A stretch of 61,584 nt of DNA, the filler included, from Basidiobolus ranarum (lineage: Eukaryota), in assembly GCA_040143965.1 (NCBI GenBank). It is 11 parts of 11 records of this genome, joined end to end, with 100 filler letters (N's around TTAATTAATTAA, not from the genome) between each part and the next. Parts side by side here need not be neighbours in the genome. Positions count along the whole stretch, not along the records: positions 1 to 5,518 come from JASJQH010001571.1; positions 5,619 to 11,133 come from JASJQH010001572.1; positions 11,234 to 16,747 come from JASJQH010001573.1; 8 more parts are not named here. One strand, written 5' to 3'. The position numbers and the translations under genes were made by a program. The notes under the pieces are model-generated. The model was not told where the DNA came from. It did no database searches and was given only the letters and a program-made list of their open reading frames with translations. Below are positions 1-13,916 of this stretch, piece after piece; within the stretch, counting starts at the first letter, position 1, and each line of letters begins with the position of its first letter.

Positions 1-338
1 AATTGGAAGTTGTCTAGCGCTGCTAGTAATATTGGTTTTGATTTGTGGCGCAACGATAATTTACAAGGCACAGAATCAGATTTCACTTGATATAACGGGA
101 TTCACTTATTCAATAATTTACTGGGCGCAGAATTAGATTTCACTTGATGCAAGAGAACTCACCTATTCTAGTGCACATCAGACTGAGCCACAAATAGTGA
201 ACTGGGCCAAGACTAATCCTACCAGCCTTAAAGAGCTTAGCCTAATAGTACTACAGTAATGTATCTACGGTGTTTTCATAACAGGTTTATGGATATAATG
301 AAGAACATGAAAGTCGTAGTAAGTCTCCTTGACAATAT

Positions 339-930
339 CTACCATTCAAGTCTCATTGATGGAGTACTAATACATTGCTTTACGGTACATTTAGTGCAAA
401 TATAGCACCTGAATTTCCATCTCTGCCATAGCCAGTTCGTTATTTCGTTTAACAGTTGTTTAATAGCAGTAGCATTTGGAAGGGTATATATGTTGATGGG
501 ACAGGGACAATCAGTCCATCCAGTTATGGTCTTTGTAGGTTTATAACCAGTCCAACTGATTAATGGTATATCCAAGGTGGCTTCATATGTAACCATGTAC
601 CAAGTTGATGTTCTATTCACCAACTCGCATGTTTCAAGCACATGAATCAGTGAAGAGGTAGAAGCAGAGTTAGTGGAGTTGAAGGTAAACTCGAATGGCT
701 TTGAGAAGATCCCACTTTCTTTGTTGATGGTTACTGGATGGGTTAAAGCGCCTTTTCCTACTTTGGAAAATCCGTCCGTACCCTAAAGCAATGGATTAGT
801 GTTCTGTCAATGCGACTTCAATAATAGATATTGGCAATGAAACTTACTACAACTTTCATGCTCTTCACTTCGATATCCTTAAATCCGTCTTAAAAGTCAC
901 GTAGGGTGCATAACGTCGTTGATCATCAGA
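339..930 (-). pseudogene. Degenerate tandem paralog of the LEA_2-like membrane protein at 2173-3088
   Basis: Exon 339-782 encodes GTDGFSKVGKGALTHPV...YEATLDIPLISWTGYKPTKT, matching the paralog's KIGEGALKHSV...YEATLNVALISWTGIKPT. The upstream exon DIEVKSMKVV|gtaagt has the same intron position but is out of frame with VTFKTDL (deletion/frameshift). Confidence 0.6.
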
Positions 931-1990
931 ATCACCACAGCTTCCGTAGCTATTGGTTGATTCTCTATGATAATTCAGATTGTGAGTTTCTTCATTTAAA
1001 CTCGTAGACTCTTGAGTACTATGATCTAATGGGTTCATGATATTTATTGATTAAGGGAGATATGTCAATATGCAGTAATACTCAGTTGAGTCAAAAGGTC
1101 AATATGCAGCAATACTCATTTGAGTCAACAGCAAATAGAAATAGAGAGAAGGGAATGGGCAGCGTAATAGACTATGAAATGAATAACTTGCGCACCCAAC
1201 ATTTACAGCCATATATTGGTATATGAATGAATACTCCATGAATGAATGCTCCTTTGGTGGCTTGTAGAAGGGTACATTTCAAAAACTTTTCCCAACCGAT
1301 TAATTGAATAGTACTTTTCTTAGTAGAATATTCTTAATACGACAGATGTGCTTTAATAATACACGGAATATCTTCAGAGTATCGCCATGCTTTCCCCATA
1401 TGTTTAAAAATCTTAATTTTTTATTCAAATGTTCGTTCGTTGTGATAGCTTGTGGACTATTTGAGTTTATGGACTATTTGACCAGTTCATAAAAGGAATT
1501 CACTTTTCGTCCACAGTGTAGTTGCATTCCCCACCAGTTTAGTAATATTAATCTTAAAGTAGCACGAAATTAAGGTTTAGGACCTTCCAGAATGCTCCAA
1601 AACGGTCTGAGTTCTACGAAACAAGGTACGAAACTTATTTTGAAGTAATTAAAGTAGATATATTCGTTCACTGCCAGAATAAGAGACATATAATTGAGGT
1701 TGTCATGAGTAAATTCTAACTTTACAAAAAGCCAAAGGTGGCTACAGTTCCAATATTGACACAGTAGCCACATAGGCCTCAAACAACGCAGTCAGGAACA
1801 GTTGAAATGGAAGTGGACTGCTTGGCTTTGAATAATTCTCAGTGTTATTCACATATGAACCAAGATCTATATTGAGAAACAGATATCATAGATAGTATCT
1901 GCCACCTCATTATTATTATCTGCTACTTCATATATTAGGATGTCAATAGAGTAATTGTTTGTGCATAGATACTTTCAACTATAACATAAA

Positions 1991-2053
1991 TACTTCCTAA
2001 AGACCATTCTACTTCTTAAAGAACATTCTACTTCCTAAAGACCATTCTACTTC
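1991..2053. repeat. Short tandem repeat, ~3 x 19 bp (tacttcctaaagaccattc)
   Basis: Directly visible imperfect tandem copies. Confidence 0.8.
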
Positions 2054-2172
2054 TATTTCAATTTGATACTAATTTCCTGCCTTTCAAAAGATGGTGGATT
2101 TTATTTCTAGAATAAAAGCAGACAAATAGAATATAAAATAGACGAATCGAATATATACATAGTACGTTGATT

Positions 2173-3088
2173 CTAAATAGCTTGATACGAGTTTGCTATT
2201 TTAGTTAAAAGTTCTCTTAGTGATGGAAGAACATCTGCGGGAACATTGTGTGGGCTAATAGGGCAATCGATATGTATATTGTTACTAATCGTGGGTTTAA
2301 TACCAGTCCAACTGATCAATGCCACATTCAAGGTAGCTTCATACGAAATCTCGATTGAACCCTCTGAACTTGGATCCATGAAACCGCACTTTTCAAACAA
2401 ACTTATTAATGCCGAGGTAGAACCTGGTTCGGTGGGATTGTACGACAGCGTAAACGGTAACGAGAAGGGGGTAGATCCTTTGGCTTTGAATGATACCGAG
2501 TGCTTTAAAGCTCCTTCTCCTATCTTGACGTTTTGACCATCCACTTTATATTTACCCTAAAACAAATCATTAACCTTCTGTCAAAAAATAGATACTGTCA
2601 ATCATACTTACCACCACAGTGATATTCTTCATTTTGATATCAATAAGGTTAGGATTGCTCACGAGTAGGTGCAAGTCAGTATCGACACTTAGAGTAAGAT
2701 CTTTGAAGTTAGTGGGAGGAGGATCAGAGAGAGCCCACTTCATCATCTGACTTTCAGCTTGAGAGGTATTAGGAAATGAGGCCTGTTCAAACTTCACTTT
2801 GGGCATTCCACGAGGCCAGCAAAAGAAAGCCGCAATACCAATACCAAGCAATATCAATAATACTGCCGTACAGCATCCTATCTTGGAAGCACGACTCCGA
2901 CAACAACAGCAGCAGCAACGTCGCTTTGGCTTCTCGGAAGGTGGATTTAGTACATAGGGCTCTTGATAATTGGAATCGTAGTTGTTGTAGCTATTGGTCG
3001 ACTCTGTATGATAGCTCTGATATGGTTGATTTGGATGTACTTCATTTAAGGTTTGAAATCCTTGTTTACTAGGATCAAAGGGGCCCAT
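2173..3088 (-). CDS. Type II membrane protein, Cys-rich juxtamembrane segment + TM + LEA_2-like domain (2 exons, ~286 aa)
   Basis: Exons 3088-2612 and 2556-2173 join in frame across a 55-nt GT-AG intron. RRCCCCCCR precedes a TM (CCTAVLLILLGIGIAAFFCWPR), followed by VSNPNLIDIKMKNITV, typical of LEA_2-type folds. Confidence 0.7.
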
Positions 3089-3949
3089 GTTATTTGTTGA
3101 TGAAGGGGAAATATGGCAATATACAGGAATGAGGAGTTGGTTACTTAAGAGAAGAACGAGAAGTTGAGTTGGTTACTTAAGAGAAGAATAACGGCAGAGT
3201 AAAATATTCGGTGAATGTGAATCTGGGAAAATGAACTACTTATATGTCGAATATTTAATTGAAGTTCATATAAACCATTGGTCAGCTATACTTGGTTACA
3301 GTATTAATGAGAGAAGAGAGACTTCTGAAGAATTTTACCCGGCTCTTGGATTAAATAGGTCTTATCTTAGTGGACAATACTTAGAATGGAAATTCGCTTC
3401 TACTCGTACACTCTAGGATGGACATTGTTGTCAATTACAACTTTAGACCTGTTTTTATTCGTGGACAAAAATAACTAGCTAAAGTCGGTGGCTATCTCGT
3501 TAACTTTTAAGCTGATTTTGATAGATTCGGGTACTGACTTATTTTCCTCGTATATGCTTACAAAACATGAATCTTTCAATTAAGCACTCTTTGGTTATGA
3601 TGACTGTTTGTGGATACCACTTGACTAACTCATAGAAGAGTGTGACTTTTCGACATGAGTAAATGCTCACTCCAAGTCACATTAATATTCATCTTTGGGT
3701 TACACGAACATTAAGTTTAGTATTTTGTAAGATGTTCTAAAAACATTTGTGTTCTTCAAGATAAAGCAAAACGTTACTGTTAGCGGTATAAATCAAACAA
3801 CTGTTTAGAAAGATATTTTAAATAAGAATTGAATTTAATCCACAGAAACATCGCTGTATTCATTTTACATAAGGTAATGCAAACAGTTTATGTAAACAAA
3901 ATTTCATTTTTGCTAATAATTTAAGGTATATCAAAGTTAGCAATTCCAT

Positions 3950-4628
3950 TTACTGTTTACCCTGCGATTTCTCAGAATATTCCCGCCAGCTACCAGGGTA
4001 ATTACGAACGCTAATAGTTTATCGCATAGAATATTAGTACGATGATTGCGGTAACCCTACAAATTAAAAATAACCTATCACTTACTGAGTATACCCAAGC
4101 TGTTCGATTATTTGTTTAGCCATAGCACTTCTCACACCGGCGTGACAGTATACAACTATATTATTATCCTTGGAAATTTTTGGAAAACCATATGCAGCTA
4201 CAAAATCGTTCTCGTCAAGTTGAAGTGCCTTTGGTAATTCCTTTAAGGGAAGGTTAATAGAAGTGGGGATTTTTCCAGTTTGAACTTCACTTCTTTCTCT
4301 AACATCCACTAAGACGACATCCTAGTTTTTTTAAAGTTTCAACCAAAAGAATAAAATATATCTCTATAGTTTTTGAAAGTATATATACCTTGGAGCTCTT
4401 ATCTTTTATCAACTTGGTGAGTTCTTCATAAGTTACATCTCCGGTATCCACCCAAGTGGAATAGCTTGGTGCAAATTGTGGTGTAGAAATTAACTTCACT
4501 CGAGAAACCGAAGGTAATACGGTGTGACGTTCCAATAATTGTGACTTGTGAAGAGTACTGGTAAGAACTCTAGGGAGGAAGATACCTGGTAACTTTGCAA
4601 AGTTGCGCAATTGACTTCTAGCGAGCAT
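3950..4628 (-). CDS. Single-domain rhodanese/thiosulfate sulfurtransferase with probable mitochondrial presequence (RDL1/RDL2-like), 3 exons
   Basis: DVRERSEVQTGKIPTSINLP, active-site loop YCHAGVRS, last exon VRNYPGSWREY; basic Arg/Leu/Ser-rich N-terminus. Confidence 0.9.
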
Positions 4629-5518
4629 GTTTTCAGTAAAGAAAGGGTTTTCGGAATATTTGGGGTGGAGGGATTTGGATAACTTGTTATAACTACTAGT
4701 AATACTTAGTCATGAATTCGTAAAAGCCACAATCTACAACACATTGATATAAATATCACCGTGTTTCGTGATTTAATCCTGTCGAATGGATATTAGTCAT
4801 CATATTCACAATATACTAGTATTCACACTCATCCGGAGCACTTGCATTCAGAATAGATATTTAGTTTGGTTAGCCTACATGCAGGATAGGCTAAAGTACT
4901 AAAAGCAGGCTTCGATCAAACCTCTAACACCATGGTGATTACTTCTATTTCTGGGGAATTCATCCGCCAGAACCGATCTTCGTAACAATTAATTGATTGC
5001 GTTTGAGGAGGGAGAGGTAGATTTCTGTATTAGGCTGCAGTTTGACATCTACGTCATTATTATGGCAGAGTAGAGACACTTATCTTCACATTAGACGTCA
5101 TGGTCATGGATGGAATTCCATTGTTGATTCCAAGTGTTACCTTCATTACATCAATATTAAAGTGGATTACCATACAAATGATTTTACACTCCGCGTGGTA
5201 TGAGTACAGCATGACTTGATTATGATGTCATTTAATTTAGACTCAGTTGCATATAGGTTATTTAAAGTGAATTATCCTGCTTTCGTGAAGAGTTACACTG
5301 GCGAAGGCCAAGTTGCACAAGACTTAGTGTAAGCCTGTATATATTTCAATGAGGATGACAATTGATAATCGCTATCATTTGATTATGAAGTGAGTAGGTC
5401 GTGATTGTTATTTCTGCATTGTTTTGAAGCGAAGTGGTAATGAGTGTGGGGGGGGGGGACCGGGGTAATTATTAGCAAACCGAAAGACGAAAAGTATGGC
5501 CCATGGTATGAAAATAAA

Positions 5519-5618
5519 NNNNNNNNNNNNNNNNNNNNNNNNNNNNNNNNNNNNNNNNNNNNTTAATTAATTAANNNNNNNNNNNNNNNNNNNNNNNNNN
5601 NNNNNNNNNNNNNNNNNN
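5519..5618. other. Artificial contig linker (N44-TTAATTAATTAA-N44)
   Basis: Identical 100-bp six-frame-stop spacer. It recurs at 11134-11233, 16748-16847, 22362-22461, 27973-28072, 33583-33682, 39191-39290, 44799-44898, 50400-50499 and 55994-56093. Confidence 0.99.
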
Positions 5619-5667
5619 TAGCCATATAGCTAGCTACCTAAATTCCAATAAGTTATTATGAGATATC

Positions 5668-6009
5668 TGTTGAAATTAGCATTGCCTAAACATCTATATA
5701 GTCAAATATAGCTTGGTATTTAGTTATCTTATATTGAACTAAGATATTAACTATTATTTGATAATGGAATTTACTTGGAATATTGACACCAACCAAGTAC
5801 TCAGATATACAGATTTTTCAACTTGTGCTAGAAGCCCCAAACTTTGCACACATGTTCCTGGGACCTTCCTCCACATATTCTATGCATTAGTTTGTTTACA
5901 TCGTGACAAAACTACAAATGTCAACTGAATACTCAATAAATCAATAAGTGAACACCAATTTCTCTAATTTCACCAAATCACTTCCAACAGACTCCCAAAC
6001 ACTTTAACA
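5668..6009 (+). mobile_element. Solo LTR, copia family A (~345 bp)
   Basis: Begins TGTTGAAATTAGCATTGCC and ends CTTTAACA (TG...CA with short TGTT/AACA inverted ends); close copies elsewhere in the window. Confidence 0.8.
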
Positions 6010-6024
6010 GTGTGTTGGCAAAAC

Positions 6025-6188
6025 ATTTGTATCCTGGGACCTTCCTTAACACATTCAATACGTTGGTTTGTTTTCATCTTGACAAAACTATAAATTGCAA
6101 CTTTCCGCTCAATAAATCAATAAGTGAAAACCACCAATTTCTCTATTTCTCCAAACCACTTTCAACAGGCTCCCAAAATACTTTAACA
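6025..6188 (+). mobile_element. Partial second copy (3' half) of LTR family A
   Basis: cctgggaccttcc...ctcaataaatcaataagtgaa...ctcccaaaatactttaaca repeats the 3' half of 5668-6009. Confidence 0.75.
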
Positions 6189-8849
6189 AATATAAGATCG
6201 ACAACTTTGTCATGAGGATCTCGAGTGAGTTCCTATAGATGACCTGCCGAATGAATTTGCTTCGAGTACAATCAACTATATTTGGGTGGACATAGGAGAA
6301 AATAAGGTTTTTTTTGTAAGGTCATCACCACTTTTGAAATTCTAAGGAGCATCATATTCTTACATCTATACTTAAGAATTCTGCTGAAGTGGAATCTCTA
6401 GTAATACGGTTATTTTTATCTAGTATATACTCCAAAAGATCGGAATTTAGATATTAACAGCCATACTTCTGCTAGTTTCAATGTATTCATTTGGGCACCA
6501 AGTTTGATGTTGTATTTCATGAAATATATGCATCAAACCAGATTTTTTCGAGTACTTTACTTGTTTTAGCTTGGATAGTTCTGTGCAAAAATGTGTAGGC
6601 TTGCTTGTTGAGTACCCAGAATAGACTAACAATGCATCTATTAGAAATTAGTATTTGAGCGTAACCCTCTTGAATCAAAGGCAATACACCTTTCTTCTCT
6701 GTGAGCTAACCAAGGATAAACCAGAAAAGGCAAATGCCTAACTTGTAGTATAGTCTAATAGTGTTACGGATGTATTAGATTTGTATATACAATCATTACT
6801 ATAAAGCCCACCTCAAACAATAAGCCATTGATATATGTCTAGCCCTCAAACTGCCTAGAGAAATATAGATAATATGAGAAATATCGACAGTTTAAAGTGG
6901 AACATCACAATACCTAGGAATTATTCAAAAAACGTGTTTCTTCGGGTTTGCTACATGTTCCGCTCATACTCCCATACACAATTCATATGAAAAATATGAT
7001 ACAATGAAGAAACGGGACGCGAAATCTTGAATTTCAACACGCATTGTAAGGTGGTTGAAACAAGTGGAATACCAGCAGAACATCATCAAGATACCAAAAA
7101 TAACTCACACATATCCAAAGTATTTCTAATGTCTAAGATATTTACAATGAATTTTGCTATGTTTCTTCAGATATAAAATCAGAATGCATGATCTATTTAC
7201 ATTAATTCTCAATGTATCTAGTATTTCTACAATATATATAGATGTAGCATTAAATCAAACAAAAGATCTACTTGCTTGTCTCCATTGAGAGTCAAAACAT
7301 CCCACCGATAGACAGCAAGGTAAAATCTACGTTATCTTCAATTTCCAACTATAGGCAGGCATATTAGATAGTTCCTCATTTGTGATCTCTATGTTGGTGT
7401 ATACAGAAATCAGAATGAACTTGGCCAAGCTCGGATGGGAATATAATGATACTAGTAACAGAAGAATGGCTTTTATTTCTTACTCAAGATTTGTACTCGC
7501 AAGAACCCAAATCTTTTCTAATCGGATGATCAACAAAGACATGACTTTACCCAGAGAGTAGCCTCGATTACTCCATTTGACCCCACTCAAAATATGATCG
7601 ATGTATTAGATTCATCAATTTATATCGGTGCCAACATGCCCCAACTCATCTGTATGGATCAGGAAGGTATCATCAATTATCCGGAATTGGGTAAAGCGTT
7701 GATGCCTGAAGATAGGTGTGATTAGATGTCCACCTGATGTTTCAAAATTGAAGCCAAGCTGCCACAACGTTGTTTAGCTTCTACACTCTGGAGTTTCTAC
7801 CCATGAGTTGCAAAACACCCTTTGTAAACAATCGAAGGCATCGGAGTATTATGGGATATCACCAGAAGTGCTAGCCCTGGTCACTAAATTATCTTGGGTA
7901 TGAGCCTGAAATATACTTCTGGTAACTGCCTTGGAGCAGATGACATGGTACACAAACCTTATGCCAGAGCGTGATACATACACACATACTTAACGATCCC
8001 AATGTAGTAGGAAGCAGCCAGAGTGTCCTCTTCATACAGGTCATGGTTTAAGTGATAGACCAACAAATAGCGCCAGATTATATAGCATCAACATTCTTAG
8101 AATAGTGGTACAATATATACACTTACATACAATGAGATTTTGGTTATTTCGTGTTAATTGATTGGGAGGATTTCGGAACAATCAACTCTCATAGTGTGTG
8201 AAAAATCGTGAACCAATCTGAATAAGACAACTTAGGTAGGAAGATAATATATCCTTCTGAGTAATAAGATATGAGCCCGTAGCAGTAGAATAAAAAAGCA
8301 TCAAAATATATAGTGTGTAGGCTAGAAAATGAAATTTCAGTTGAAAGTGGATGTATGAGCGGTGGTTACACAGCGTACATTACGACATAAAAACCAAAAG
8401 GTAGAAAACATATTTCACTGAGAACTATTAATATTTTGTTTCAAAGCTCTATAATTAGAATAACACCAGTTTTGATAAGAAAGCATCCAATACAACTTTC
8501 AGTGTTTGGCATGAAGATAGCTCTTTTCCTTCATCATATGTCAGGCGTAATATGTTATCTTTCTCCAAAAGAGTGATTTCGGCTTTTTTTTGTTGTTAGC
8601 ATAGTGATTGATAGATTGGGATCCATCTAGTACAATAGACACGGAGGTTTTTCATGTTGTTAGTCTCAATGAAGAAATACTTCACTTACCGATGGTGGGT
8701 CTGCGCCAATAACTTGCCATTTTGATCATACCTAATGAGTAGCCTTTAGTAGCTTCAACCTATTTAGTAGATTTTGACAAAATATGGTAATTGCCTATTT
8801 TATGACTCGACATGCATTTAACAGTAGACTCATTTCAGTTTCAAGCCAC

Positions 8850-10250
8850 AGAGACGGAATCCGTTGCCCGTGTATACTTTTAACCGCCAATCTTGGCTAT
8901 GATTTGATTACCAGTCACGCACCACTTCAGTATATGAGATACCACAAATTACTGTCTTTTTTTGCATCATATTCCTCTGAATACCTGTTGCCTTATCTGT
9001 TCAAGTTTTCCATTCGTCACGCTGTGACTTACACGAACATTAGTGAGACGGTGATGTATACCAACCAGACAAGCTAGTATCTGTTGTTAGTGCAAGCTAT
9101 GATTCCTTCACATTCGATCATTATCATGTATGTCATAAATATAGCTCCGTGATAGTGTTTGCGCCAACTTCTCCGCTGGATCCACTAACCAAAATATTTC
9201 TAGGTGACTCTAGTCAATTATTCAGTTTGGGGATCTAAAAATAGCAATAGAAAGTGACCAATGGTGATAATGCGAATCTCATGACCCAAGAATGTTGTCC
9301 GGTCTGTTAGTCATTGCAGCTTCATGCGAATCACTGAGTTAATAGCATACTGAAAGTTCATCTTCGCCCTGTAGCTAGCTTGGTTATACTCTGAGAAGAA
9401 CATGGAGATCTTCGTAAATCCCCATACGTAATCAGAGCAGCTCATGCAGAGGAAGACCACGCGAACCATAAACCTGCTATTTGTTTGACCAAAGGTCGGA
9501 CAAATTAAAAAATCATCTCGAATTGTTCGAATACAAAAATCTCCGAAGGAATGCACCAATTATAATACCCTAATGTTGCTAGCTTGCCTTTTATGAGTAG
9601 CTGGAGTAAATTCATTTGCAAGTGGTATTTTTTGATACTATATATAGAATATAGAGAACATATCGTTATGGAGTTGTCTCACCAGCACTCATTGGAGGCA
9701 GTCAAGATCCTGTGGAATTCAATTAGCCAATCTTCGGTGACTCCGATCTAGTGAAGATGAGTGAAGCCAAATTATGTCTGAATAGGTATTCCTTGCAGAC
9801 TGGATCATTCGTCTCGTTACACTGTAGATACGTACTTGAGTAAAACGTATCCGCGGACTATCATTTGGCTTGCACAGATCTCAATCGATTGAATCATTCA
9901 TGGAAGTACCCACTGGGTTGCACAAGACACTTATTGATGGAGGGAAGCACCTACCTATTGGCTGGTTACACTCTCCAGATGAGTCATTTTTCAGCACTTC
10001 GCATTTATTCTTAGTTCTCCAAGATTATACTTAGTCACTCCCCAAGCTGAGCAGGACGATGAGAGGCAGTAAGAGTACGCTGGCGTTGATTTCCCTTTGT
10101 TCACTTCATATATGGTAATAAAGGCAATCGTTTTTGGCTGATCTTGATAAGGCTCTGCAACACTTGAATAGGTATGCCAGTCTCTAGACCTCGATTTATC
10201 TCAGATTTATTGAGAGTTTATGGAAAAGCAAAGCCACTTTTGGGCTACTT
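8850..10250 (-). mobile_element. Highly decayed RT/RNase H relic (Ty3/gypsy- or DIRS-like)
   Basis: Fragmentary minus-strand motifs in the expected order: DQPKTIAFIT (~10140, cf. D.EKTAF.T), VHSFG.FC (~9550), LTTDTSLSGW (9061-9096, cf. TDAS..GWG). Many stops. Confidence 0.35.
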
Positions 10251-11233
10251 TACGAATGGTTCGATTGCACATTAATGCTTATTGTCAGATGCATGGCCGA
10301 GACTTTGGCCCAATCTCTATTCTAGCTATTGTGCTCTTTTGGTTCGCGTGTGGTTGGGACTTATTTGTTGAAATTTTGCCCTCGAGTGGTAACTTGACTT
10401 ATGTTTATTTCCTACTAAGGAAATCTTTGAATATATTGCCAGTATTCTATCATGAAATTATTCAACAACCGGTGTAGATCCAACTTCATAATAGTGGCTG
10501 CTAGCATTAGTTCCCAAAATAACTTGGGCGCACTCAAGCCAAATAGGCATGATGTTAAGACTTTCTCCCTCGATGTTGGATAGGTGCTCCTTTGGTGAAC
10601 AATGTTATGGGTTACCTGGTTTTACCAACAGGCTTAACATTCATATTGAATGGTGTGCGAAAGTCTATCTTTAGGTTGCAAGACGGTTCCCCTGATTGGT
10701 GGATCTAAATATTCATATATCTAGTAAAGCAAAGGTTTTTTATAGATCCAAGTGTGAGCCAGCTATTCAATAATCGTATTCAAATCTGAGCATTGACTTA
10801 ACGGAGTGTGCTACGATAATACGGATGCTACCTCAAGTTAATATAAATACTATGGTTTTGCTCTAGTGATTCCCCACTCAATAGAATCCTCTTGCAATGA
10901 TCTCACTTTCTAAGTTTACAATTATTTCGATTCTTGCTTTCTCTTTGGTAGATTGCTCGCTTGCTCAAGAATCTGGTAGTGCCATAGGCTCCGTTTCTTC
11001 TAGTCCTAGTGTGGTTTCAACCGTAATCGGCGGTCGTAGAAGAACATTCAAATTAATATGCCCACCTGTATAAAGATTCTTTAGGCTGCACATTCCAGCC
11101 ATGATGAGAATGAAAGAATTATGAATCTTGTTGNNNNNNNNNNNNNNNNNNNNNNNNNNNNNNNNNNNNNNNNNNNNTTAATTAATTAANNNNNNNNNNN
11201 NNNNNNNNNNNNNNNNNNNNNNNNNNNNNNNNN

Positions 11234-11408
11234 CCCCACTTATCTATTATATCTTATTACACAAACTCCTGAATATCTCAAACAATTGATTTACTTTTCT
11301 ACTATATAAGTCACCATATACTCTTAAGAATAAAGTAACTAAAATACGCTATCATAAGTTGCTTCTAATACACAAAGTCTATCCCCATTATGTCAAGATC
11401 CTCCAACA
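11234..11408. mobile_element. End of a second LTR-like repeat family (family B)
   Basis: 11350-11408 (..aagttg..aaagtcta.ccc.attatg.c.agatcctccaaca) matches the reverse complement of 61178-61238; ends in CCAACA. Confidence 0.55.
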
Positions 11409-11534
11409 AAAGAAAAGCAGTTATGTGCATTGGTATGTGTTCCCGCAATATTCAGTAAGCAAAAATTTAATATGCTAACCATGATCCAGCAAAGTTTATA
11501 TTTTTGACTCTAATACTAAATGTTATTAAGGTAG

Positions 11535-11882
11535 TGTTAAAGTATTTGGGAGCCTGTTGGAAGTGGTTTGGAGAATTAGAGAAATAGGTGGTTTTCACTT
11601 GTTGATTTATTGAGTATTCAGTTGACATTTATAGTTTTATCAAGATGTAAGCAAACTTACATGTAGAATGTGTTAAGAAAGGTCCCAGGAACATTTGTGC
11701 AGGGTTTGGGGCTTCTAGCACAAGTTTGAGAAATCTATATATATGAGAACTTCTAAGTTGGGGTCAATATTCCAAGCAAATTCCTCATGAGAATAATGGA
11801 AAATATCTTGGTGAAATATGAGATAACTAAGTACTAAGCTATATATGACTATATAGGTGTTTAGGCAAAGCTAATTTCAACA
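11535..11882 (-). mobile_element. Solo LTR, copia family A
   Basis: Reverse-complement copy: tgttaaagtatttgggagcc...ggcaaagctaatttcaaca. Confidence 0.8.
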
Positions 11883-12608
11883 GCTACAACTGTGTATCTA
11901 ACAGTTTATACAGAGTCTAGAGATAAGTCAGACATAATGAAGATAATTTTGCTACTCTTAATGATATTACTAAAGCTCTATCTGCAAAAACTATGTATGA
12001 TAAGCTTGAAAGCATTGCCAATATTCTTTTGACTATTATTCTTGAATATTTACATGGATACAGTTTTCCGGCATTAAATGCATCTCTCTGTATCAGTAAT
12101 TGCTCAGCCCGCACTTAGTAAAGCATCAGAATCTGGAATGCAATAAATTTTCCTATAATGCCAACTATTACGCTCTGTATAGAGATGAAGAAGATCAGGG
12201 TAATAGCCCATTTTGTCACGTGAGAAATGACTTCGAAAAAAGTGAATCAGTTTATTACTAACTTTGTGGATCGGTGACCGCGTGTGTGATTTTGGATTTA
12301 AATCTTTAAATATGAAAGATATCATCACTAGAGGAGGCTAACAAGATCGAGTACACAAACAGCATGTTAATCTTAGTGTGTGCAATAAAGCCAGTTGTAA
12401 CTCATCATATCTTCTGACATAGCAGACACAATCTGGATACCAGGACAGGGACATGGAATTACTCGTTTAACTCCAAAGAAATGTCGCTAATGCTAGAAGC
12501 GATATGATGTTGGAAATGAAAGGAAGCTTAGCCCCAGTATATTGATTGTTATGAACTAATTGAATGTATACATGCTATCAAATTAAAAAGATTTAAAATT
12601 TTGCGATT

Positions 12609-12628
12609 AATATATATATATATATATA
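12609..12628. repeat. (TA)n microsatellite
   Basis: About 9-10 TA units. Confidence 0.9.
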
Positions 12629-13916
12629 GCCGAGGGATTTGTGCAAGTTACGGTAGATTCAGATAATGAACTAACTTGCTGTTGCCTCTTTTCCAATAAT
12701 TTCACCATTATTACCGTCAATTTTGAAGTACGTATGATTTTATAGCAGAATAGGGTTAATTAATCTGTTGAAATATCATTGAAAAGCCACCAATGTTCCT
12801 ACTATGTTACTAGTTGACCTAAAGACATATACGGGAGCTAGGGCACTCAAAAACTTCAACATTTCTCAAAGTCTGTCATGGAACATGTAAACGATATACA
12901 GTGTAACTATATTCTCTATTGCATGTGGGTTGATGGTTATGCTAAGAGCTGAATAATTGGAAATCGTCTGTAGATGTGCTGGGCAGTCCCTTAATCATAC
13001 TGTGATCTGGTATTTGCGTGATAGATTTTTTACATAACTTACTGTTGCTGGAACACATTAAAGATAGGCTTATTCTGGTGCAGTTATTGTTGGAGCTCTA
13101 CTTGTAGAAAAGATATTTAATATTTGTATTCCAGTACTGCCTTTATTCTCGTACGGTAGGATAGTACATGGCTGTGTATAGCAGCTAGATTCCATCTGCT
13201 TGTAGGAATTATCACTTCTTTCTTGAACCCCTTGTAGTAGGGTGCTATAATCTCTCTCTTGGTTTACCTTCTCCCTTCCGTATCAATCACGTCATTTACT
13301 GAACCAACTAGTTATTCCGATTCGCAGGCAAGAAAGATACTAAATATAACGTAAATATGATACACGTGCAGTGTTAATAACATTATTTGGGAACAACAAC
13401 AGAATAATCAGCAATCCATAGATTCCCAAATTTACTTTTACCAGCTCTAATTGGTATATGTCTTGCCAAAACTCGACAATTTCGTGCTTTATACGCTATC
13501 TAATTGGTCACTTCTTATGGCAACTGCTAATTCTGTAACTACTAAAAATAGATGTAAAAGTCATGTTTGTCAAATATGGCCCTGGACTGACTATAAGGGT
13601 CTAACTATATTTGGTAATCGAAACATTTGGAAATTAGTCGTGTAGAAGATAAGCTGAATTCAACTTTATGACTTGGATAGTAACTAATTCCACATCAAGG
13701 AACCTTAACTAATCGAGACCATATTGAAAGAATTCTCTCTGAAATTTGAAAAAAAAGTCAAATACCTAATATCAATCCCACATGAGTGAATAACCGAGAG
13801 TTGATTGGTGCTCATCACAGCCGAGGTTTCAAGCTGTGATGATCGTAGAGTGGGACTTGATTTCGATATTCTTGAATATAAATATGGAGCAATCATACTC
13901 GTAGATTCACCTCAAA

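Noticed and set aside
69-3190. Short two-copy direct repeats (71-111/128-168, 1066-1128, 3134-3188)
   Set aside because: Only two copies each with no spacer architecture; ordinary slippage duplications.
5448-5458. Poly-G run
   Set aside because: Single homopolymer near a contig end; no support for function and may be an artefact.
11917-12328. Two adjacent minus-strand ORFs that look like a frameshifted gene
   Set aside because: No recognisable family motif; cannot support a call.
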